DNA from: Octopus sinensis
Taxonomy: Eukaryota
Assembly: GCF_006345805.1 (NCBI RefSeq)
Contig: NC_042997.1
Coordinates: forward strand, 158,348,001-158,412,000
Length of the DNA stretch: 64,000 bases
Direction: 5' to 3'
A program made the translations under genes and the position numbers. The notes beneath the pieces are model-generated. The model made no database searches. It was not told the origin of the DNA and saw only the letters and a list, made by a program, of their open reading frames with translations. How positions within the stretch are numbered: position 1 is the first letter of the stretch; every line of letters starts with the position of its first letter. Below are positions 26,296 to 38,095 of this stretch, in pieces.

Positions 26296-26564
26296 AACAT
26301 CCAATTTTCCTCATTCTACATTGAGAGAAGAAAGAGATGGACGCTTCAATTCTATGCTGCTGCCGCATTATGTCGTACGTGAATGAGAGGATTTGCATCC
26401 CTAACCAAGAATTTTTGATGTAACACATGTCCTTGTGGAAGCTGTTGTGCGCGGCTGAAGAAGGCCACAGACATACATTATGCATTGTTATAAATCTGTC
26501 TAATAAAGGCCCGAAACATATGTACCGCTGAATCCTTCGCATCATGTTTTATTATTTTTGATCA
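26296..26564 (+). mobile_element. ~270-bp hammerhead-bearing mini-element (solo PLE pseudo-LTR or retrozyme-like) within (TA)n
   Basis: Complex-sequence island flanked by (TA)n on both sides; hammerhead near its 3' end, followed by an A/T-rich terminus. Confidence 0.6.
26451..26528 (+). ncRNA. Type I hammerhead ribozyme
   Basis: Stem I GCGG(26451-54)/CCGC(26525-28); core CTGAAGA 26455-61; stem II GGCC(26463-66)/GGCC(26508-11) extended by ACAGA/TCTGT; GAAA 26513-16; palindromic stem III ACATATGT; GUA cleavage triplet (cut after 26524). Confidence 0.8.
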
Positions 26565-26568
26565 ATAT

Positions 26569-26645
<77 letters not shown>

Positions 26646-26676
26646 TATATATATATATACATATATATACTTATAT

Positions 26677-26708
<32 letters not shown>

Positions 26709-26709
26709 C

Positions 26710-26838
<129 letters not shown>

Positions 26839-27715
26839 TGTATTATCTTTCCACACAACACCAAACAATATGGTTGCACACAGGATTTATTTTGTTGATT
26901 TTTTTAGGAGAACATTTAGTTCTTTACACTGAAACAGTTTATTGATTTCTTTTACCAAGTTCAACCGCTTATATTTTGAGACAGTTTTCTTTTTTTAACT
27001 AACACTACATCAAGTTGTTTAGAAAAAAAAATCAACTGAATAGATGTAGAAAGTCTTATATAAAAGGCCAGAAGACTATATTGAGGAACAATCATATCAA
27101 TTTGACGCCTATCATCTCAGCATAAATTAGATTTGAGATATCTATTATCTTGAACGTATGCCAGGGAAATTCGCAATAAAGATGGAGAAATATTATGATT
27201 TTCGTTAAAGAGTTTTCGGAGGAATATTTACGTAAAATATATATTTTATATGTAGCTGTGTGGTTAAGAAGTTTGTTTCGGAACTATCTGGTCGTGAGCT
27301 TGGCGTGTGTATGTGTGTGTGTTTGTGTATGCGTACGTGTGTGTCCGTGTATTTATGTACGCGCGCATGTCTATGTGTACTGGCGTGTACATGTTTATGT
27401 ATACCGACCCCTTCTAGTATGTGCTGATTATGTATACCGGCCCAAACTATGTTTCGATTTCGTCAAACATGCAACTCAGTAATTTTACAAGTATCAAACA
27501 GAAATAAATAGTAATTGTATTCTTAATCCTTCCAAGTCAGTGCAACGCCGTAAGTTGATGTCCTACATGTGCATGTGCTTCCATTTTTGGTTCTCTTTTT
27601 TTCTTCAGTTACCCACTTTCGTCATCAGAGCTCAGGGTTTTGCACAAAATTCAGATTTACAAAATACTAATTTAAAATAGAAATTTTCACTTTTTACTGA
27701 TTTTTTTCCTTATTA

Positions 27716-27868
<153 letters not shown>

Positions 27869-29384
27869 TTCTTTCTACGTGAGAGAACATGGAGGTTGAG
27901 ACCTCCGAAAAATATAAAGAATTCAGTCGAATTTATTTCATGATCCCCCTTTCAACCCTCCGATACAAACGAAGAGTGTTTCTTTCAGCTTCTTACGTAT
28001 TGAAAATCCTTTACAACATTTTGGGTTCGAGAAAAGAAGTATCCATTGAACAGTGCAGTCGTTATAATCGTGTGTCCCCTTCCCTAAATTTCAAGTCTTG
28101 TGCGTATTGTAGAATGGATTATTTCAGTGGAAGTTGTATGGGAGGAGCAGGAAAAACTGTGCTGATGTGATCTTTATTTCTTTCGGGTGGATATTCTTAT
28201 TACGAAATTTTGGAGGAGAATCATTCTGCTTAGGTCCGACACATTTGTATCGGTATGGAGTGAGGCATCATGGTTTAGCTATTCCGAAAGGAGAGAGAGG
28301 GGAAGAGAATTTTTTAAAATCGAAATATTGATATGGAATTATTTTCAAAATCATAATCCCTGTATTCTTTCACATGGAACTTCACGAAATAAATTTCGAA
28401 ATTATGAAACAGCAAAAATTTCAAATTGATATTTAGAAAAGTTGTTTTGTGGACAATAGTAATTTCTTATTGAATACATAAGGTTCAGAAAAAATATTTC
28501 GGGGAAAAGATGAAAATAATCGTAGAATGTGTTTTCAGCTTCTCATAACGACCCGTTCAGAGATGCAATTCTCTAGAAAGATAATATTCCATCCATCTGC
28601 ACAGGTGTCTTTTTATGCGTGTGATGATATGCGTTTATTTATACAGGCCCCTTTTGTGAATAATGAATTTTTTTCTAATTTTAGCACCAGAACAGTTATT
28701 TGGAGGATAGAAAGACATTGTTTACTTCACTCGAGTGCACAACAGGCATTTATCTCGATCCCGAAAAGATAAAAGACAAAGTCGAACTCGGCAGCATTTA
28801 AAGAGACGAAAGAATCACTGCCAGCTGGCCGCCATAATGAGTGAGCATAAAATGCCAAGAATAATTATATCTGTATTCAGGCACACTTGTGCGATGTGTA
28901 TATGAATGCGTAAATGAACTTCTCTTCAAGTATTCATGCTTGTGTAGGTGTCTGACATATTAAATAGAGAGAGCTCAGTTTAGATTATCTATGCAATTAA
29001 TAGAAAAAAATCACTTCTCATAGGTGACTATAATTTATAAGCAAAAAATAAGGGAATTAACTCTAATAATACCTGTTTATTGGATTTTAAATTAAATAAC
29101 GATGATCCAAATGAATGTGAAGGGTAGTACCATCGGGTACATCCTATTTCACTGAAGAGGTTTAATAAAACTAAAGCAAGTCTGCAACAACTGTAACAAC
29201 CACTTATTAGTCTGAAAAACCGTCATTATCTTTCTTTTCCAGAAATTTTTTATTAGCTTATTTTATTGGTGTTGCCAACTAGTTCCCGTTTTCACTTTAA
29301 ATTTAAACATCAAAGAAGTAGTTTTTGCCTCCTATTTGCATGGATGATTTTAATTATCAAGTCAATATGTGTGGGACACCCAAC

Positions 29385-29713
29385 GTGTATATATGGTTAG
29401 AGCGTCGAGCTTACGATCGTGAGGTTGTGAGCTCGAATCCCGGACCGGGGTGCGTGTTGTGTTCTTGAGCGAGACACTATATTTCACGTTTCTCCAGTTC
29501 ACTCAGCTGTAGAAATGAGTTGCGACGTCACAGGTGCCAAGCTGTATCGGCCCTTGCCTTTCCCTTGGGCAACATCGGTGACGTGGAGTGGAGAGGCCGG
29601 TATGCATGGGCGACTGCTGGTCCTCCATAAAACAACCTTGCCCAGACTTGTGCCTCAGAGGGTAACTCTCTAGGTGCAAACCCATGGTCAGTGTCTGACC
29701 GAAGGGGGTCACC
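29385..29713 (+). mobile_element. tRNA-derived SINE, second family
   Basis: GGTTAGAGCGTCGAGCTTACGATCGTGAGGTTGTGAGCTCGAATCCC head; colinear with 56681-57019. Confidence 0.85.
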
Positions 29714-29782
29714 ATATATATATATATATATATGAAAAAACAAGTCAAAAATAGAAAATGCTAAAATAATTTTATAGTGAAC

Positions 29783-29828
29783 ATTTCAGTACCGGTTTCG
29801 GTCATTTTGAGACCTTTTCAACTGTAAC
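29783..29828 (-). ncRNA. Minimal type I hammerhead ribozyme, U3-A8 variant core, in the sense-strand pseudo-LTR
   Basis: Minus strand reads GTTACAG-TTGAAAA-GGTC-tcaaaat-GACC-GAAA-CCGG-T-A-CTGAAAT: stem I CAG/CTG, stem II GGTC/GACC, palindromic stem III ACCGGT, GUA triplet. Confidence 0.75.
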
Positions 29829-29984
29829 GATTACATAATTAAATTTAGAAAAATTAGAAGAAAAGTTTTTTTAAAAGAATATTTCTATAGTAGTGTTCAG
29901 ATTTAAGTGGCATTCTCAGTTCAATTCAGGAGAATATTTATATTGACAGGCTTGTTTATAGAATTAGCGTAGGTGTTATACTAA

Positions 29985-30650
29985 AAAACATTAGTGACAA
30001 AGTTAAGGGGTAGGGGGTGGAGAAGTAGAAGAAGAAGAAGAAGAAGAAGAAGAAGAAGAAGAAGGAGAAGAAGAAGAAGAAGAAGAAGACGATGTTGATG
30101 ATGATGATGATGAAGAAGAAGAAGAAGAAGAAGAAGAAGGAGGAGGAGGAGAAGATGACGATGATGGTGATGGTCGTGATGATTATGACGACGATGATGA
30201 TGATAATGATGATGAAGAAGAAGAAGAAAAAGGAGAAGGAGAAGATGGTGGTGATGATGGTGGTGATGATGATGACGACGATGATGATGATAATGATGAA
30301 AAAACATTAGTGACAAAGTTAAGGGGTAGGGGGTGGAGAAGTAGAAGAAGAAGAAGAAGAAGAAGAAGAAGAAGAGAAGAAGAAGAAGAAGAAGAAGACG
30401 ATGTTGATGATGATGATGATGAAGAAGAAGAAGAAGAAGAAGAAGAAGAAGGAGGAGAAGATGACGATGATGGTGATGGTGGTGATGATTATGACGACGA
30501 TGATGATGATAATGATGATGAAGAAGAAGAAGAAAAAGGAGAAGGAGAAGATGGTGGTGATGATGGTGGTGATGATGATGACGACGATGATGATGATAAT
30601 GATGATGATGAAGAAGAAGAGGAAGAAGAAGGAGAAGAAAAAAACAGAAG
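29985..30650. repeat. Tandem duplication (316-bp period) of a compound GAA/GAT/GGT trinucleotide block in the PLE 3' region
   Basis: AAAACATTAGTGACAAAGTTAAGGGGTAGGGGGTGGAGAAGT at 29985 and 30301. The poly-E/D/R ORFs are by-products. Confidence 0.9.
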
Positions 30651-30765
30651 GGAGAATATGAAAGGGTGTAAGTATAGCTATGATGGGGCTGATTAGTAAT
30701 GGATTCTATGGAGTGTAATATTTGTGTGTGTATATATATTTCTTTTATTCTAAAGTTGAGGTATA

Positions 30766-31437
30766 TTAATTGTTTGTCGTAGACCCGTTAAGAAGTGGCT
30801 TGTATTTTGTAATAAAGAGATTTTCTTTAGTTATTTGTTGTCTCGAGGTTGTATCGTCCCTAAATTGGTAGAGGGGGAAAATTCTGAAGTTTGGTGTTTT
30901 TTTGTTGGCGCAAGTATCTATGTGTTGACTAAAAGCTATTTTTCTGTTTTGGGGAATTTTTATCTGGGATCTGTGCAGGGCCATTCGTTTACTCAAACCA
31001 TTTTTTGTTTGGCCTATGTACTGCTCTTGACACCCGGAGCAGGTTAGTGAGTATATTAGGTTCTCCGAAGCACATGTGAAGTTGCTTTTCACTGTAAACC
31101 GTTGTCCCTGTTTGAAGGAGAACTCTGATCCCTCAATTAGATAGTCGCATATCCCGCAATTGGGTCTTCCACATTTTTTTACTGTCGGCTTCTGTGTTGA
31201 AGAGTGAATTCGGGCTTGTGTAAGGAGACTTTTCATGGATCTAGGCTGTCTTTTGCTTTTTATGATCGTGTGTGTTTGGAGGATTGTGTTCATTCTGTGG
31301 TCTTTTTTTAGGAGGGGTATGTTGTGGAGGATGGTGTCGAAGGCTTCGTTATTGAGAGGGTTGTGTGTGGAGATGTATGGTAAGGCTTTTCGTTGTAAGT
31401 TTTTCTTTGATTTGGGATGTCTCAGTTCCAGATTCTC
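30766..31437 (-). CDS. Penelope-type linker plus GIY-YIG endonuclease domain (5'-truncated TE ORF; RT missing)
   Basis: Frame is open from about 31437 (ELRHPK..LPYISTHNP) through CGRPNCGIC, NLIYSLTCSGCQEQYIGQT, LSKRMALH and KENLFITKYKPLLN*. The track ORF starts at an internal Met (31293). Confidence 0.85.
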   Translation of the reverse strand, partial: ENLELRHPKSKKNLQRKALPYISTHNPLNNEAFDTILHNIPLLKKDHRMNTILQTHTIIKSKRQPRSMKSLLTQARIHSSTQKPTVKKCGRPNCGICDYLIEGSEFSFKQGQRFTVKSNFTCASENLIYSLTCSGCQEQYIGQTKNGLSKRMALHRSQIKIPQNRKIAFSQHIDTCANKKTPNFRIFPLYQFRDDTTSRQQITKENLFITKYKPLLNGSTTNN

Positions 31438-31624
31438 CCACCCCCTTTCCTCACCAGCCTTCTTCCTCTACTACCCTACCAAGAACTCACAACGGCCTCC
31501 AACACACAAGTGCAAACAAGGGAGTCAGAGAAAGGCAGAATGCCACTTAAATCTGAACACTACTATAGAAATATTCTTTTAAAAAAACTTTTCTTCTAAT
31601 TTTTCTAAATTTAATTATTTAATC

Positions 31625-31670
31625 GTTACAGTTGAAAAGGTCTCAAAATGACCGAAACCGGTACTGAAAT
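31625..31670 (+). ncRNA. Second copy of the U3-A8 variant hammerhead, in the inverted pseudo-LTR
   Basis: GTTACAG(31625-31) TTGAAAA(31632-38) GGTC tcaaaat GACC GAAA(31654-57) CCGG TA; predicted cut after 31663. Confidence 0.75.
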
Positions 31671-31753
31671 GTTCACTATAAAATTATTTTAGCATTTTCT
31701 ATTTTTGACTTGTTTTTTCATATATATCAACTCGTGTGTTCCTTTTCACCCTT

Positions 31754-31808
<55 letters not shown>

Positions 31809-32679
31809 GCAACACTTCTCCAGCCGTTCTCCTTCCAGCCATATTGCGTGTGCGATGTTGCTATGGATTCTTGCGTATTATGATGTACGTATTTATGATT
31901 TTTGACTTGTTTAATTTATAAATATGTATGCCTATATATGTGCGATGCTGAGTGCTTGTGAATGTTGTGGGTGTTGTGAAGAAGAGATTTGCATAGTTCG
32001 TGTATTTTGTAGCTGATCATCAGTTTGACCCACTGACATATATCTTAGAGATTGATATAATAATTACCTTACAGCAGACTGTGAGTTGTTGTCTCTAAAT
32101 AACCGGCACTAATACTCAAATCAACCATTGAAAATAAGATTGCAGAGTGAAATATACAAAGTCACAAGGTTAGAAAAAGATAAGAAATAGTGATATATGC
32201 GTGTGTGAAAATGCAAACCAAAATCGATATAGATAATGCATAAAAATCATGTGCTTCGCGTGCATGTATATATGTGGTGGGGGGTATCTATATATCATAT
32301 ATTTTTCTCCATGTTTTGGGTCAGATATGTATATATGTATGTGTGCATGCGTGTGTATGTTTATGTGTGTATATGTGCGTGCATGCGTGAGTGTGTGTGC
32401 CTATGTATGTGTGTGTGTGTGTGTGGTGTGTGTGTGTGTTGAGACTGAAAAACAAATATCAGTGACAAAGGAGGTTAGTATAACTGGAGTTAAATGAATA
32501 TATACGTACCATGTGAGCAGTTTCTGGAGTGTTCATTGCAGTACTAAAATATATTCTTCTCAAGGAGAGACTTCTGTATAGTCCCAAACAATGGTTGTGG
32601 TTATTTTCATTATTTTCTTTACGTTACCACAGCCTGCCATTCAAAAGCTTAATGTTAAAATACTACATCCTGCAATCTT

Positions 32680-33010
32680 GAAGAACCCTGTCCACGTGTG
32701 CCCCTTTCGGTAAGTATCTTTTATCGTATCCCCCTGTTGAACTAAGCCTTGTGAGTCTAAATTTCTTTACGCGGCACAGAGACGCAGAGACAGTTCTTGT
32801 CCTTCAGTTGTTAAAAACATCTGTACATCTTTACAAAACCCAAGCGATGTTGGTGTGTTTACGTCCCCACAATTTAGCTGGTCGGCAAGAAGAATCGATA
32901 GAATACATGTCAAGCTTGAAAGAAAAGTATTCGGGGCGATTCATTCGACTTAAAATTCCTCAAGACGGTGCTCCAACATAGCTTCGGTTTAATGACTGAA
33001 ATGAAAAAGA
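32680..33010 (+). mobile_element. Old degenerate CORE-like SINE
   Basis: AAGCCTTGTGAGT, TGTTGGTGTGTTTACGTCCCC, GACGGTGCTCCAACAT...TGACTGAAA match the 8864 family. Confidence 0.7.
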
Positions 33011-33429
33011 TAAAAATAGATGAGCATCTTGCGATGTGGATCATATAAATAAAGAAGGATAATTCCTGAGAAATGATGTACTGGCAAGTTTTATGTTTTC
33101 CTCAGATATTTCTCAAAATCAGTCTACACAAACATGGCTGTGTGATAAGGAAGTTTGCCGTGTAACCACAAGTTTATTTGTTTGAGTTTACAGCGATGTA
33201 ACTTAGATGAAGGCCTTGGTGTATTGTATCATAACCTCGTGCTGAGGAATGCTCTTTGTATGCAATCTGTTACACGAAAATTCTAAAGATATTGTAAAGA
33301 GATGCATCATATGCCTATAGACACACACGCGCGCACACACACACACAAATATGCACATTCATACTTATACAAATATATTTTTTATATATACATATATACA
33401 CATATATGCATGATTTGGGACTTACTGCC

Positions 33430-34445
33430 TTAAAATATTGGATCGAAAAAGCATAGAGAAGCGATTCCCCAAAGATTTACCGTAACCTTCATTCTAGACG
33501 CGGTTCGCCTCATCCTCGAAAACCATACATTTCTTTTCAACGGAAAAACTACCTCAAGTTTCGAGGAACAGCTATGGGGACTCGATTTGCTTCAGTTTTC
33601 ACGAACTCAGTATTGGGATACACGGAACAAAACCTACATTAAAAAAATTGAAGAGAACTACGGCACGACCTTTGAAAAACATATAGAGGACACATAGAAA
33701 AGATACCTCCATGATTCTTTCCTAATTAGGACCAAATCCTTAGAAAATCTGGAAGAATTCTGCACCCTCTTCAACGATCTACACCCTAATCTCAAATTCA
33801 CAAGAGAAATGAGCAACACTCAATTACCATTTGTTGACATAATGGTAATTAAAACAACACCACAATCACAACTGATATTTATTACAAAAGCACAGATAGA
33901 CACCAATTTTAAATCATGCCACTCAACATACACAAAACGCAACATCGCATACTGTTTAGTCATGGAAATTTGTACTATAGTCGATTATCGAAATACCAGA
34001 GCCATACGACTTATAGAACTGAAATGATTTCTGCTCAAGCAAAATTACCCTCTCCTATTTATAGAAAATAGCATGCAATGAGAAAAGGGGATACCTATAG
34101 AGCAACTTAGGGCAATACGAAAAGATGAACCCATCAAAGGAACACAATATTACTTCTAGTAACACACATTCTGCATCAGCGAAACATTTTAACGTCATCA
34201 AAACAAATTAGCCAATCATAATTGTGAGGAACTATATATAGGCGAGACAGGGAATCGATCACTAGTCCACAGACAACAAATCCCGAGCACCAACGTTCGC
34301 CTAATTCCATTAAGCGAACATATAGAGACATGTGGTCAGAAAATGTTCCTAATTTTTTCCCTTCCACGAACTACATTACACAAGTTAGATTAGAAGAAAG
34401 ATAAAAGAAAAACGGTTTATTAACCCAGCTCTGAACGGAAATGAT
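33430..34445 (+). mobile_element. Decayed Penelope-like element (RT and GIY-YIG)
   Basis: GTAMGT at 33565-33582, FNDLHPNLKFTRE, LPFVDIMV, SCHSTYTKRNIAY, CEELYIGETG, SEHIETCG, NPALN. Confidence 0.8.
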
Positions 34446-34884
34446 AAAGGGACTAGTTAATTATTTGGATTTTAAAATATCTTTAACACTTGAACATACA
34501 GAAATTACAGAATGTCGGTACCCCTAGTAAACCGTGATGTTTAACCTGCATGCGGATTGGTCAAAACAGTATTCTAAAAAAATCAGCTTATTGGAGCGCT
34601 CTAATAGGTACTAAAGTTGTCAAGAACTCAACTATCAATTAAGTACATTTGAAATGTAATGATTATTGTATGCATGAAAGAGCTAATTTAACTTTATCAG
34701 CATAAAAAAATATATGTTTTTATTGTTAAAATACCATGATAAAAAACGTGAAAACCAGACCAATAATATATCAGTGGAATAAACTTAAAACATGTCTTTT
34801 TTTATCTCTGTTTCAATTCATTTGAGTACTTCCTTTTTGCTGTCCTATGAACCCTTTGTCTCCGGAAAAAAGAGGCTAAAAGTA

Positions 34885-34892
34885 TTTCCATG

Positions 34893-34952
<60 letters not shown>

Positions 34953-35124
34953 ATGTATATATGTATGTATGTATTTATGTGTGTGTATATATATGTATGC
35001 ATTTATATATATATATACATATATATATACGTATATATACATATATATACATACATATATATACATATATATATATATACATATATATACATATATATAC
35101 ACACATATATATATATACACACAC

Positions 35125-35165
<41 letters not shown>

Positions 35166-35183
35166 TATATATATTTATATATA
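34885..35183. repeat. Compound (TA)n/(CA)n microsatellite
   Basis: Directly visible. Confidence 0.95.
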
Positions 35184-35952
35184 TACCATTGATTCTGTTA
35201 TTATCTAGTGCAACAATTTAAAAATGATGCTGACAGAATCAATAATATAGGTAGTTGCAGGCCCCCACAAAAAGTATCAAATAGCTGAAGGATTAAAATT
35301 AATCAAGTATAAACTAAGCATGTCTACCTGATGGAAATATCAGTCAAACTTCTTATTTAAATTGCTAAAATACATTTTAATAACTACAGAAATCAACCGT
35401 CCGAAGGCAAACGGGCCAAGACAATCTTTCAGCATACATTCAAGTATTTGGTCTCGGGTGGACCAATATCTGGACTGGCATAATAGCCTAATCTTCCTCA
35501 GCACACGTTACCATGATGCAGAGCCCAACCCGTTGTGTCAAAGCCAGCGCTGCAACTGATTCGTTTTACGCCGAAATCATGGCAGCCACTAGTGTGAAAA
35601 TAATTTCAATACGGAGCAAATAATTCACGAAATAAAATTATTTGTGAAGATACCATTGACTTTGTTATTATCTAGTGTAACAATTTAAAAATTATACTTC
35701 CGGAATCAATAATATAGGTGATTGCAGGTCCCCCAGAAAGCATCAAATATAGCTGAAAGATTAAAATTAATGAAAAGACATGCTAAGCATGTCTATCTGT
35801 TGGAAATAACAGTCAAAACTCTTATTTAAATCACCAAAGTACACTGATGATAACTACAGAAATCAGCCGTCTCAAAGCAAAAGGGCCAAGACAACCTTTC
35901 AACATTAAAATATTTTTGGCTCACGTGGACCGGTTTCTGGACTGGCATAATA
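35184..35952 (+). repeat. Diverged direct repeat, ~300-bp arms with 467-bp period
   Basis: TACCATTGA..TGTTATTATCTAGTG at 35184 and 35651; both arms end CTGGACTGGCATAATA. Confidence 0.85.
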
Positions 35953-36163
35953 ACAGAATCAGAAATATGGACGATTGCTGAAAGATTGTCTTGGCCCGTT
36001 TATATGTTTATATACACGTGTGTTTATATACTAATATATAAATACATATTTGCATATAAATAAACATTCATGTGCATATAAATAAACATTCATGTGCATA
36101 TAAATAAATAACACACACGCACACACACACACACATACACACACGCATATACAAACACACACA

Positions 36164-36194
<31 letters not shown>

Positions 36195-36198
36195 CATA

Positions 36199-36415
36199 GC
36201 GGCGAGCTGGTAGAAACGTTAGCACGCCGGACGAAATTCGTCTGTCATTACGTTCCGAGTTCAAATTCCGCCGAGGTCGACTTTGCCTTTCATCCTTTCG
36301 GGGTCGATAAATTAAGTACCAGTTACGCACTGGGGTCGATGTAGTCGACTTAATCCCTTTGTCTGTCCTTGTTTGTCCCCTCTGTGTTTAGCCCCTTGTG
36401 GGTAGTAAAGAAATT
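36199..36415 (+). mobile_element. tRNA-derived SINE (GCCTTTCATCC central-domain family)
   Basis: GGCGAGCTGGTAGAAACGTTAGCACG head, GAGTTCAAATTCC B-box, tail TTTGTCTGTCC...GGGTAGTAAAGAAAT. Confidence 0.85.
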
Positions 36416-36484
36416 TTTTTTTTCTAGTTTCAGCTCAGAGCTGCGACCATGCTAATGCACCGCCGTTAATTATATATACATAAG

Positions 36485-36615
36485 GGCAGGAGTCGCTGTG
36501 TGGTCTGCCCGAGGCTATAATAGAAGACACTTGCCCTAGGTGCCACGCAGTGGGACTGAACCCGGAACAATGTGGTTGGTAAGCAAGCTACTTACCACAC
36601 AGTCACTCCTGCACT
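36485..36615 (-). mobile_element. CORE-like SINE head fragment
   Basis: Reverse complement of GCAGGAGTGACTGTGTGGTAAGTAGCTTGCTTACC...GTGGCACCTAGGGCAAGTGTCTT. Confidence 0.8.
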
Positions 36616-36632
36616 TATATATATATATATAT

Positions 36633-36721
<89 letters not shown>

Positions 36722-37689
36722 AAACACACGAATGTATTGCGTTTAAATGTTATCGCCAAATTTGTTTTTTATCTCTCAGGCCGATAAAACTTCTGACAAT
36801 TTACTAGGATCAATTCGACCGATTATACTTGTTCCCAAAGCAATTGTGATTTAGTCCACGACTCAAATGATTTCTTTCTGCATTTAGTTGTTTGGTATAT
36901 CATATTGAAGGGAAATGAAGTGAGCAAAAAAAATACAGAGAAAACGATCAAATACTGTAATGTACACGAAACAGTACGTGGACTGCACCAGAGACATGAT
37001 TAGATTATCAATTGTCGCCATGTTATTTATCTTACACCAACATTTCCGTTGGAAAAAAAAATATGTAAATTGGTTTTCGCCTCTAGAGTTGCTGTCGACG
37101 AATCAATTCATTTGCAGATGTTGCATTGTGTTCATGACTAAGAAATTTGACATACTCTAGCCCAATCAATCTAGATGCAAATGCTCACCATCAGTTGGTA
37201 AATTTCTCCGCTAAAATAAGCGCGAACATTGTATAATTAAGGTCTATTAAGTTACTTTCTAAGTTACCCTGCTGTGAATTAGATATCACGTGTTGCATAT
37301 CTCAATGTGTTCAATATCTCCCATTATAATGACTGGGAGGCTGATTGTTCTTAACTGCCAGCCTTAATAGAGATATTTTTCATGTAATACTACAATAACA
37401 AAGGAAGTTGCAGTCCACCTTCTTTTCTGTCAAAAGGCTGTTCAAATTATTTTTATGTGAAATGTATATAATTAACATGTGACGTTTATGAAGCAGTGGG
37501 CTTATTCTCGGCAGTCATTGTGATTAGATGCATGAGGAATTATCAGTTGGAGTAGGAAAGTTTTTTTCGTTTAGTAACTAGTATATTGATTTGTGTGATA
37601 ATAAATTCTGTGTATTAATTTTATATTCCAAAAATAAAGCTTTACCTATTCCCTAAGTAATGAAGTAATAACTGATGAATATATATATT

Positions 37690-38095
37690 CAATCTCCCGG
37701 GATTGTCAGCAGAACCGTCGTTACGACCCTCTTCGCGGCTTCCACGCCAGGAAAACAGCTTCCCTTGATGACCCCACCCCTTGAACTTGAAGGTAAAGAA
37801 AAAATTACACGGTACTTAGTCGGGTGATTTGGAAGGCTGTTCCAGCACGGTATTGTTCTTATCAGCAAGGAACTTCCGGCTGCTCAAAGCGTTGTGAGCC
37901 GTCATGTTGTCGTAGCTAAGTACCCATGAGTCGTCCTCCATAATTCTAGCCACTTCTCGCGCAAGTGCCACAGGGTCTCTTTGTAGACATGCCGCAACAA
38001 CTGTTGCAGGATTTCTGTAGATACACTGGTTAATCGTCTAGCTTCGTACCGATTACACTTACATCGATTTTCAAAAGAGAATCACTATTTTTATG
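37690..38095 (-). mobile_element. Mariner transposase C-terminal fragment
   Basis: Close relative of 39080-39452; encodes remnants of TINQ..Y.EILQQL, DDSW.L.YDN, SPD. Confidence 0.75.

Larger units (their letters stand above)
29733..31720 (-). mobile_element. Young 5'-truncated Penelope-like element bounded by 184-bp inverted pseudo-LTR copies, inserted in (TA)n
   Basis: 29733-29916 and 31537-31720 are reverse complements with 1 mismatch; intact GIY-YIG frame between them; ATATAT at both outer ends. Confidence 0.9.

Noticed and set aside
29140-29200. CTGAAGA-GGTT..AACT-AAAG hammerhead-like string
   Set aside because: GAAA is absent and stem III does not pair.
29390-29445. tRNA-like heads here and at 56681, 46054 and 8864
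   Set aside because: No acceptor stem closure, and each continues into a SINE body; these are SINEs, not tRNA genes.
30092-30696. Poly-K/M and poly-R/E/D ORFs resembling a nucleolin- or prothymosin-like protein
   Set aside because: Trinucleotide expansion inside a PLE 3' region; all frames are low complexity.
32634-32716. Apparent 77-nt exon (CACAG...CG/GTAAGT) with an open frame PAIQKLNVKILHPAILKNPVHVCPF
   Set aside because: The donor is a mutated SINE CORE-like motif (GCAAGTGTCTT to GTAAGTATCTT). Exonisation is possible but unsupported without RNA data.
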